This document shows, piece after piece, positions 21,701-33,700 of a stretch of DNA of 64,000 bases. Numbering within the stretch: the first letter of the stretch is position 1; the number at the start of each line of letters is the position of its first letter. The stretch is from positions 5,330,849 to 5,394,848 of the forward strand of contig CM082583.2 of NCBI GenBank assembly GCA_040954595.2, given 5' to 3'. Source of the DNA: Balanoglossus misakiensis. Its lineage: Eukaryota > Animalia > Hemichordata. A model generated the notes under the pieces. That model searched no databases, had not been told where the DNA came from, and saw nothing but the letters and a program-made list of their open reading frames with translations. Position numbers and translations under genes: made by a program.

Positions 21701-24700
21701 ATAAAATACATGTCACATGCCCATGTACATTGTCTCTGGTCTTTTGTTTTGAAGATGGTGACTATTTATCAGTCATCCCTTTAAATACAGAAACGCACAC
21801 CGGCAATAAATTATGCCGTAACCTTTGACCCCGCCAGGTGACAGTATCCGGCTAGTGTCACGCAGCCACTTCAGAAAAGACACGACCGGGTGCGTTGTTT
21901 GTCCAGTCTAGAAACAGAACGATAAATGTAGAATCCCAATCCAATCTTGGTCACGCTGTTATTGTCGGCGTGCTTTGTGGAAGTAAAGATGTTGAAAACA
22001 ACGTAAGCAAGTTGCAATTCCCCGTGGTTTGAGTGAGTGGACGACTTGGGGGCAGAAACGCGAACGAAGTTTGCGATGTGTGTCTGAAATTGAAACAAGG
22101 CTCCAGCGTCCCACGCGTATACCGGGGACTTTGAATTATGGCGTCATAACAGTTTAATCTCAATTTATTTGGTACGGATTTCTATAGAGGAAGGCAATTA
22201 CAGCATAATGAGCGGTGATCATTGCCATGGCAACATGCAACAGTTTGGTGTTGTTTTGCTACCATGGAAATAAATTGCAAGACCGTATATTTTAATTCAA
22301 TTCAGGTTTTCATGATAGTAAAATAAAAATTAAATTGTTTTATAATTGTTGTGTCCATGTACAACTGAACATACATGTACATGCTTGTGTGTATAAGTTA
22401 TATATATGCGAGTTTATCATAGCATTGACTATAGGGAGTCAATTTTTCCCCAACCAAATCAGTTTTTCTTGAAAACTTCATATTTTTGGTGTAAGCCTAA
22501 GATTATACTTAAAATTAAATCAAAGTTTTGCCAGAAGTGTAGGCTTCGTAACATACCGGTAAGTGATATTAATTAAGAAAAATAAAAACATGGGCAGAGC
22601 ACGACATATGTAATTTCACTCAGAATGCCACCAAGAAACCAAACAAAGATATATCTGGTTTCCCCGGAGTGAAATCAACACCAGTCAAAAACTCAGGATT
22701 TATGTCATGTTTTATAGTGCACCCCTCTGCTCCTTTCATAATTTTCACCCCTTCGACAGTAAACACAGTGTATGCTGAAAAGAAAATGTGTCCGGCGAAA
22801 ATTGGCTGACGTGATGAGACTCATGCGACTGTATTCATCAGGTTCGGTGTACTTCAACCTATCATTATCGGTGAGAATGTCACCAGAATAAATCAGGGCG
22901 ACTTTAGTTTATGTTACGATGGGCCTTTTGTCATTGAAATGGTCTTGAAGCACGCCACAGCCCACGTTTGATTGAAGCGCTCAAGAGTAACCATATGTTT
23001 CTTTTAAAAATGCAAGATTTGAATAGAAATTCTGATTTTCAGTCGTTTATTGTTCAACTTTTGCGAACTGCAACTGTATCGCAATGGCATCTGTGTGTGG
23101 GTGCCCTTCTGAACCTCAAGAACTGTAAATAACTTAGCTACTGACAAGAAATTCTACAATGAAGCTTTAACGCCTTTTGAATAATTTTTTTTTTTTAGCA
23201 CAATATTGATAATTTTGACAGCGGGAGATATTTTTCGAGGGCATCTGCAAAGAATTCTTTGGAAAGCGGAGCGCGCTGACACTACAAGCAACATTATTCC
23301 CTGGCATATAGAGACTATAAACTACACAAGCATAATATTGAAGCTGGCAGAGCGTATCAAATGTCAGAGGCTAATAGACTCCGAGTATCAAATTGAGCCG
23401 TTTGTGATGCAAAAGATAACTGATGCTTCACCTTGAACTTGGGCCGGCTGCGAAATATCAATTTATTCGCGGGCTCAAATTCAATTTTGACTTCACAACA
23501 GTTCCATTGTCGGTTTATGTACTGTAATCAATAAATTTTCGTGAATTTCCTGGCAAAAGGAAAGAAAACGTGTGCTTCTTGGATAGACCGAGTGTTGTGA
23601 GATCGCTGCCGATCCCACAGTGCTGAGTGGTTATGCCTGCCATGAATAAATGTGTGATTGTCAGGAATTTGCAAGATGCTATGGTGAAAAATTATAATGA
23701 TCGACAGTCTTCAGAAAAATGGACTGTTTTCTGCTGCGACCAACTCCCACTTAGGCTGCATTCACAAACACCTCTGGAGGGGGGGGGGCGGGAGAATTCA
23801 ATTTTTTTTACCGTTAATTTTCACATGCCCCCCTCAACAACCCGAAATATTTTCAAATCCCCCCCTTCCGAACTGCTAAAATTTTCAAGTCCCCCCCCCC
23901 ATTTTCTTTCACTCAGCAAAACACATCACCTATCTATCTTGTAAAAAAGAAAAACAGCGCTCCCATGAAAAGAATTTGAAACTGATGTTTCCCCTCATCA
24001 GTGGGTATTAAAACTGAACATTGTTTTTATTTTTTAAGTATCTGTATTCTGTGTTGGGAGACATTGTAAACCAAGAATTGAAGGGGGTGGGTTTGGGAGG
24101 GGGTGTCCCCCTCCCACGTAAGAAAATTTTATAAAATACAGAGCTCAAAGCTGCATTTTAATGAACCTGGCAAAAGCACATTAACTCAACTACGGTATGT
24201 TGGGGAGGACAAATTTAACCGCCGTTATCATGGGGTGGGGGCAAGTCCCCTGACCTGGGACACTAGATAAACCAGTCAATGTTTGAAAGGTGTTGATAAA
24301 TGGAGGGGGTGGGTGTGGGAGGGGGTGTCCCCCTCCCACATTAGAAAATTTTGTAAAATAAAGGGCGCGAAACTGCATTTTTGTGGACTCAAAATAAATA
24401 TTTAGTCGTCAAAGTTTTCAAGTCCCCCCCTTTCAGTCCCTAAATTATTTCAAATCCCCCCCCCTTACATACCCTCAATTTTTTCAAATCCCCCCCCTCA
24501 ATTCTCCTGCCCCCCCCTCCAGAGGTGTTTGTGAATGCAGCCTTACATTGCATTGTTCGCGTGTGGTGCATTTCGAGCTATGTCCTGGGAATGGGATGAG
24601 AGATTTGCTTCTTTGATATCGTAACTTGGTGCCTCGTTGATGTCAAGCTGGTTGCCTCAGTCTGTCTCGAAACGGACTGTGCATGTCGCAATCCGGCTTC

Positions 24701-27700
24701 AGTTCTCAGACAGTAAGAGGCATGTGTAATAATAATGATAGGGTTATCAGACACCTGTTCCAAAGCTTCCTTCTGTTCCTCAGCGACAGTCTTACCAGGA
24801 TGCCAACCAAATCCCCTCCACGACAGCCATGCTTTAACGTATATTGGCCGTCAGCTCATCAGAGTCAATCCACCACAGACTGGCAAGTTGACTTTGGATA
24901 GCCGTGTTTAAGGGCCCACCACACACGGCAATCAAACATGAATATTATAGCCCATAGAAATGCCAGAAGTCATTACCTTTAGAGTCGTGAAATGAAGGAA
25001 ATATAACGAGTGCCGATGATGATCAATTGAGAATTCAGGTTTTGTGAAATACACCAGTCGCACCCATCTCCCCTAATATGATAATAGTGTGCATTCCGGT
25101 CGGAGATTTATCAGTGAAAACTCGAAATAGAGATAACCTAGCTGTTCCAGGCTGGCTCAGGGTTCAAAGGTCACAGTAAGGTCAGAGTGCGTGTGGATGA
25201 GTGGCAAAACATGCTCTCTGCAGCCCACGCTACAGGAATGAATGTAATGTCTAATGAAATTAAAGAGGCAATTGTGAAGAAGTGCAGGCTGATAGTGATT
25301 TGATTAGAAACACACGAGATAGTCAAGGTAGGGGAAGGGACAAGATTGGCTCATTAGGGTACCACTTCCTAATGAGGTTAGACAAATAAGAGATGCCTTG
25401 AGGACTTGAACACTTGGCCTCCAAATGAGAGACAAGGGCAGGCTGCAACTTCCCAGTTGATCAGTTGACAAAACTTCCGAATTTCCACTTGGAGCCACTC
25501 AACAATCAAGCCTTGCAATTTTCATTACATATTTAAAATATATAAAAATATGTAAATATCTGTTTAATTAAGATGCGAACAATGTGAAGGGAGTGTTTCC
25601 ACCACCAAAAAAGGGTAATGTACCATGATGTATTCATTATACCAACCCGTGCATGCAACGGTCGAAGATTTTTGAAAAACCATGGTCTTGTACTTAAATA
25701 ATGTCACGGTGACCTTAAAATGAGAAAAAATCACTAAATTTTGCAAATTTATTCATTGCAAAAGTGGAAGGACGTGACGTGAAAGCTGTAGAATTTTAAT
25801 ACGGTGCCATAATGTAGAATGTAGGTTATAGCTGTAGGCCTTTGTGTAATAATGAAATGAAATAAATTAGAACGGCATCCTTGCATGTGCTTGTTTATGG
25901 CTATAAAAGCCGCCGTGACATTTATATTACGTTTCTTTGTTAAATTTTGATAAACAGGATTGGATGGCAGACAATCTGATAAATTCTTGACTGGATATTG
26001 ATGATGGATCTTCACTGCCTCTTATGTGTGATAATGGTGAATTTAGGCCGTATTTGTGAAATGACCACTGATAATGTATGAAATTACAAATAAATTTCTC
26101 TCCACAGAAGAGATTTCACAAGTTGTCCTATTTTAATACAAAACTGTGCTTCACCACTGATACTGGCATTTACAGCGCATTTTATTTCTTGATTAAACCT
26201 TAGTATTATAGCATTACGGTAGACTTATTTAGATATCATTATAATCTTCATGATTCTGCGTAGTTTTGCTGTGAATCCCATTAGTGACAGCTTTGGGCTT
26301 GCCTCACTTTGTAAACTACGTAATTGCGCAGTCTCTTCTGTCAGGGGTAGAGCTCACGGTAATTTATATTTGCCACATTTCCATGGCGACCGCAGCCTGT
26401 TTTGGTCTGATACGGGTGACAGGCCTGGCGAGGGGGTGGTATAGTTGTTGTAAAAAGCAGATGATGGCACCCACACATGAATTAACTTGTTTTTCCTGAG
26501 GAGATGAATTTGACAAGACGATTTTTTTTGCAAGAAGCGAAGATGAGCTATGATGTTTGGCCTTGTTGGATAATGAGTCGTGAGGGAATGGATGACAAGT
26601 TACCATGGCAATCGGTGTTTCCCATAATGCTGTACAAGTCAACTGCAAGCTAGCACGACGATTGTGTTTGTTGGTAGCGTTAACTTTCTCCTTTACGGTG
26701 TTGATCTTCTCCGCGCTAGTGTAGTTTGGTATCCTAATTCAACCGCCGCACTGATCATGCATTCCTTGCGGTGACACACAAAGTAATTATGAGCCGAGAT
26801 TTTACCCGAGATAGCCTATCGGCGGTTCACAGTCTGTAAGCTGGCTCAGTTGATTGTATCTGTGGAGAGATCCTTTGAGCCGTTCTGTATTTGCACCTTG
26901 TTTTAGTATCAGAGCATAATAACGATGATCCTTGTTTGACCCACCAGAAGTTTGGGTTCGAATATGTCGAGAGTCTGTGATTGTAACAGACGCGACTTGA
27001 TTTCACATTTTGGGTGTGACTTTAACATGTACAGACCCCTAGAGAAAGCAGAAGTGTGGGCAGTGTTAACCTCTCGGTCCACACATGTCATGGAATGTTT
27101 TCCTCCGTGTCATATCAGCTGTAGAACCACAAATGGGAATCTTGTGTGCAAAAGCTCTTCTTCATATGTGGGCTGGTGGTTCATCAAAACAGTCCTTGGC
27201 GAGAACCACATATCATTTGTTGGAAATTTCTATCAATTGGTTTATTTTTACCATCAAAGAAGAACACATCTTTTGATCATAAAAAAAATTCTGCATGTTC
27301 TGTCCATTTTAATGAGTAGCTGTTATTGAGTCTGATCACAGATTTCTCTGCATTTTGTAAGGAACTGTCCTTTGCATACTGTCTGTGCGGCTTGTTGCCA
27401 TGGCAGCGGCTGCAGTTCCTGGAACTTGTTGCATCCCCCGGCGTGCGTACCAATGCAGCGGTAACAATGGGGTTTGTGGCATGCAGGGCAGAACTGATGT
27501 TGCCTGTGGGTGAATTTACCAGTCCTCCCCCCCCCCCCCCCCCCAGTAGTGTTTTGGCTATGGGTTTTACATGCCCATGGCAGGGGGCAGGCTGGCACAT
27601 TACATTTCTAAATGTCATTCTGTCTGTGTTCTTGATCATCGCGAAGTCCAGATCGGCTCCCACGCATTCCCTTGGCGGTGTTAACACCTCTGGTTACTAT

Positions 27701-30700
27701 TGAGTTGCCACGGCGATACCTGGTGTGTCTCATCATCGTATGTCGCAAACCATTTGTCGTGATCATCTTCTCCGAGGTGGCGAACTTGTAGTCGTGTAGA
27801 TATAACAATTGATTTGCTTTCGTGCTGGGAAATGCTGACCTTGCTAAATAAAAACACCAAAAGCATAGCAGCTGTAATTTACCTGCCAACCTCACTCTGT
27901 TATCAACCAAATGTTTGGATATTTATGTACCAACCCACGCCAATATAGACATTTCCTTTGCAAAACTTTGAATGTCATAAAAAATTCTGATATCCACATA
28001 CGGTGGAATGACTTTAAAAAAAAAACATTTCTGACTCAGTGACAGGCACCTTTTAAACCAAAACTACGAAAGCAAATTGCAGCTTGTTCAAGTTGAGTCT
28101 TCTTTCCAGGGCAGTCCAAAAATGAAACATCAATAAATTTCCACACTGTTTTATCTCTTCACCGTCACCATGCTTGTCTTTTTCCTATTTATCGCCAGTC
28201 TTGATAAGTATCTAAGACGTAGTCAGACGCTTGTAAGAAACAACAAGAGATATACATTCAGCTTTGCTGGTAATCAGCGTCTCCAATCCAAGGAAGACAG
28301 AAAAGTGTCAGCTTTTGACATCCGCACGCTGCTCTCAAATAACAAGGGATGAGGATTTCATAGAAGAAGAAAAAAACACTCAAAGTATTGGTTTTCTTGG
28401 AATTGAACTTTGTGTTAATGATCTCAGGTGTCGTCTTGGGTATCAATGTACTTGAAAAGCCCAGTGAGAGATGACTGTGATTTTACTAATGTGTTTTCTT
28501 TCTCTCTTCTTTTTTTTGTTCCATTGCAGAGGGTATACCGCAGGTGCATTATTTCGGTCCGTGCGGGAAGTACAATGCAATGGTGTTAGAATTATTAGGC
28601 CCCAGTCTAGAGGATCTCTTCGATCTGTGTGATAGGACGTTCACGTTAAAAACAGTACTCATGATAGCCATTCAACTTGTAAGTATATTACTGAACCACT
28701 ATACGATTTCCTTGATGCCATTATTGAATGTGCGTGTGTGTGACAAAAATTGTGTTTTTTGGGACACAGAAGTTATCTTTTGACAAATGCAGTTGAATAC
28801 ACTATCTGTGGCAACAGTTATTTGACAAACACCAATTTAATGTTAAAAAGCAGAACAATTTAATTAACATCATTCTGATCATTGGAGTGTAACAAAAATA
28901 ACCAAGTCATTATTTTTCACCTGGAATTTGCCTCCACTATTTTCAGTGGAAATATACATGTAGTATTTCACATGTGAAAAATTTTTGATTCTGATCCTGT
29001 ATCTGTCGCTACCTGTGATGTTCAGTCATAAGATAAGTTTCCATCACGTGACCAGCTCTCGCTGACTCTACTCTTCTCAATCTGTAGGCAGTCAAGTTCC
29101 TGGCGTCTCATTGTAATGACACGCACTCATTTTGGCCTAGTTAACCATTCTAACCACCTTCCGACATCAGTCATATAGCCAGGCCTGTTTTGCATAGTTA
29201 TTATTTTATCGACGGTGGCATTGCATACCGATGGAGTCGATAGTGCCGTGCTGAGCCGTCCCCCCAGAAAATCCCGAGGCAAGCCCTGGCGATTTGCGTG
29301 ACAGGACATTGAATGATGTGTCTCGTGGCATTCAGCCTTTGAACGTGTAAAAGCTTCTTTTTTTTCGGTTGGAGACAATCATCTCAGTGTAGCGCTCTCA
29401 CAATATTATCTCGCAGTCATTATTCAGGCAGGCCATCAAAAATGACCTTCAGGAAGTCTGAAGAAACAGGTCATAGCCAGCATGTGTATAATGCGATGAT
29501 TTTGACTTAGATACACATCTATAGTATAAGATAGTGGGAGACAAGAATGCCTTCAGTCGTTCGTGAAATAATGCTGCGTTGTAGTCAGGATTTGAGCAGT
29601 TTGTGGTCCCTCTGTAGGTGATGAACAATTTACGGGTTGATGTGTATTATTTATGGCCAAGATTACAAAATGGGTCTGTATACTTGCACCTGATTGTAGC
29701 TTAGCAACTCAGAACAGAACAGTTTCTGTTAGTCTTGGCTTTTCACCCATTGGTTCCCCAGTTTCTCCATATTAGAGGCACCACAATAAAAAAAATCGAT
29801 TTTTTTTCTCAATTTTTCCCCCTGCCATCCTGCAGATAACAAGGATAGAATATGTCCATAGCAAGCACCTTATATACCGGGATGTGAAGCCGGAGAATTT
29901 CCTAATCGGCAGGCAGTCGGCGAAGACACAGAGCACGATTTTCATCATAGATTTCGGTCTAGCGAAAGAGTACATTGACCCGGAAACGAATAAACACATA
30001 CCATACAGGGAACACAAAAGCCTAACGGGAACTGCAAGGTACATGTCCATCAACACACACTTAGGAAAAGGTGAGTGCCTCCGACTATATCATAGTTTTT
30101 TATCTCCTCAAGGGCGTTTACGTCAAACGCTTCCATACCTTAAGTAATGGCAACGCGGATACATTCAGTGGGAACAGGGGAACTGATGCATTGCGTGCTT
30201 GAAATCCTGCATGACTTGCCACCAGAGACGAGCCATGTCCGCTGTCTCAGACGCAGAGGTCGTGTGTTGTCTGTTGACTTTTGAATTCCTGTGTGAATGT
30301 CACATTGACACCAGGACTGAAGGTCGCTGTTCCTGGCGATCACATAGCTGAACTTTACACATGGAAACCAGGGTGAAAGGGACTGCAGGGTTTCTCACAA
30401 CCGCTGTAGCCCGAACCGAGAATAATCATTTGGACAGGTTTGTGAGAGCCAAAGACATTACATATGGTGGTTCAGGTTGTTGATGTTTTTAATGGGGGGA
30501 AAAGATACACTTGGGAGATCAAGTTGAGCACAAGTTCTGAAATGATAAATCCGAATTGTACGATTCATCCCACGTTCTAAATTCTGAAATCACCACTTTT
30601 AGTTGTCACAAGATCTTTGGCAACGAAACATGCGATTTTGATTTACTAGAGAAAAGAGAACAAGTCGTATCAAACAGTGAGATAGGAAATGTGACAATTC

Positions 30701-33700
30701 CCTGCCATATCTCTTTTAATAATCTGAGAAATGATTCAGGATATTCTGGTTTAGTCATTTAAATGCAATTTGTAAGTTACACTGCTGGAATTTGCATTTG
30801 GTTCGCGGAGTGGAGATCAAAATGAGCTGCATAAACTTTTGACCGTTTTGGAGAATTTTCCCCAGGATTTACGACCCGGGGCATCTCGCAGCCTCGCAAG
30901 TCCACTTAGTACCTGTCATGTAAAATGCGTGGTTGCGAAAACACTGCAGCATTGCCACGGCAACCAACCGGCTCACTGTCAGTGGTTGTCAGTGCAGTCA
31001 CCTCGCGCATTACGAGGATGAGGCTTTTAATGTTGGTGGTTTTTTTCTGCCTTCCCAGTCGCTCTGGGATCGGGAGAGACGTGACTGTTGAGCAGTCACT
31101 GTAAAAAAGCTGCCTCGTGGCCGCACTTTACCTGTTGCGGAGATTTCCACGGGTAATACCTCGTGGGAGGTGTTACACTTTGGATTAAAGATTGTTGTAA
31201 TGAAGTTCTTTTTCTTTTTTTGCTCACTTTGTTGATTCCAGCAGTTGCGTACACATGAGAGTTGCGATGTCCAACTCCTCAGAGGCAGTGAAGACAAAAC
31301 GAAAACGTTACCTTCTTAGATCTCACAATTCGAAACGCACAGCCATTTCCCATTTGACAAATCTCTGGTAATTCCCAGCGTCTCAGAAAAATCTGAGGAA
31401 CAGGTTGCATACTTAAACACTGTTTGACAACAATGTAATAGATGAATTATTAAATCATGCCTACCATGGGAACGAGAGTAAAATTGATATGAAATCGACT
31501 TTTGGGTATCATTTGGAAAATGGCCCAGATTATCCCCCACTCACAGGATGATGACATTACCAATGTGCAGATCTGTGTCATAATTCCAGGTCACAGCCCC
31601 ACTGCTGTCGTACTGATAAATCTTTGTAATTTCTTTCCTCCAACCAGAACAAAGTAGACGAGATGATCTTGAAGCCCTCGGCCACATGTTTATGTACTTT
31701 TTACGAGGAAGTCTACCATGGCAAGGCCTTAAGGTAAAGTACCTGCGATTTGCCCGCATCTTTTTGTACCTTTCACCATTACATCGCCATGGAAACGGGC
31801 GTTCTTCTGTTGCGCTGGCGGCAGCCTCGATTTCAAACTGATGCACACTCATGAGTGTTTAATTCGTCTCGGCTCAGGAGGCATGGCCGCCACGATTATT
31901 TAGTCATTGCACCCCTTTCCGTAGCCAGCAAGGATCCGGAGAATGTACGATCACAAGGAGTGTGTTTAGGAAATCACTGCTTGCTGCGACATACAATAGT
32001 AGAGTGGGAGGAAGAAACCAGAAAACCCAACTGAAGATTTTTTAGCTGTTTGTATTGAAGGAATATGTTTCACTGCGATCACTATTAACATTTTATGGGC
32101 ATTTGAAATGAATCGCATATGGCGTGGGAGAGAAAAAGAAGCTTTCCCCCAATTATTGGAAGATTTCGAAGGATAATAGTATGATGCAGCAGTGCACTTC
32201 AACGCAGGATATTATTCTTTGCGTGATAGATACACATATTTTTGAAGAGGAAAATTGGATTACGAGCCAATAAAATCAGATGCATCATGACTTCAGATCT
32301 TTTTTTCCATCAAAATGAACCCTTGCTCCAGTAGTTTCATTTTGGTTTGCATCAGATTAGGGTTTGTTTTTATGGGGTTGTAAAAGTCAAGAGAGTGCTT
32401 TCGAGTAAATGGACGCTCGGAGAAGTAGTTGACTGCAGTCAAATCAAATTGTGTGAAAAGAGTAACAGTTGTTTACTATCCTCTCGGTGTGCAAATGTGG
32501 TCACTGTTTTCTGAAGTGTGAAACGAGGTGAATTAAAAAAGTACAGCAACCTGGAAAAAATTTGGAATTTAGTTTCGGATGAAAATTGTGAGACTGTTGT
32601 CAAACCATGAGGTGTTAAATCTCGCTAGAATGGCGATTCTCTTCACTGGATAGCAGAAATGTTGTTTGCTATCTGCCATTGTAGATACATGTAACTTAAA
32701 TGCTCAGTGAAAATTGCAGTCACATTGTGTAATTTTGGAACAGAATTTTACGTTACAAGATGTTGACATATAATGAGGGCATCGTCGATCATGCAACGTG
32801 ACAAGCTGACTGCAAAAATTCATTCGTTTTTTTTTCTCAGTTCAGCCTGTACTTTTTGAGCATCTGGTAGATTCTAAGATTTCTCAGAAATACGTGTTTC
32901 TGGTTTATTTATTCTTCATGTGTGCTCTTCACCCCGCAGGCTGACACACTCAAAGAGAGGTATCAGAAGATAGGAGATACGAAGAGAGCGACGCCGATAG
33001 AAGTACTATGTGAAAATTTTCAAGGTACACGAGAAGTGGTGCCCTTGAAATTCAGTCGCATTGCAATGAAGCCTTTTGTGTCGTATAATGATGTGTATAT
33101 ACTCTGCTTTGTGTCTGTAGCCTCTCTGTGAAAAGGGCCATTCTCGATGATAAATTTACCTCACAAACAATTCTCTAGGCAAAATACATCCCAGCTTTGG
33201 CTTGGTCAACAAATTTTAATGAAAGTTGCTCTGCAGCCATCGTTTCCTTCTTTCAAAAAAAAAAATTTCAGATTCCATGGAGCCAACAGACACGAGAATC
33301 CTTTCGAAAAATTATCGGTGATTGATTTATTTATTGATTCTTTTCTTTTGCTTCGAATTCATTTTAGAAATGGCAACATATCTGCGATATGTCAGGAGAC
33401 TTGATTTCTTTGAGACGCCTGACTACGACTATTTACGTAAGATATTTTTAGATTTAATGGACCGCAAGGGGTGGAGCAATGACTTTGAGTTCGATTGGAC
33501 TGGGAAGCAGTTGGTAAGTTGTCTCTGAATGTTGTCGAAATCCTGGGCTTCGGGTGGGCGGTTGATTCCATTGTTTGGCGCAGGGGAGGACAGCTTGTCC
33601 TGTTGTTTGAAACGATCATCGAAGTACACTCTGAGAACTTGGCTGTGACAAATCTACGTATTTTCACATCAGTTTGTCATCACTGAGAAAGTTTCCTCTC

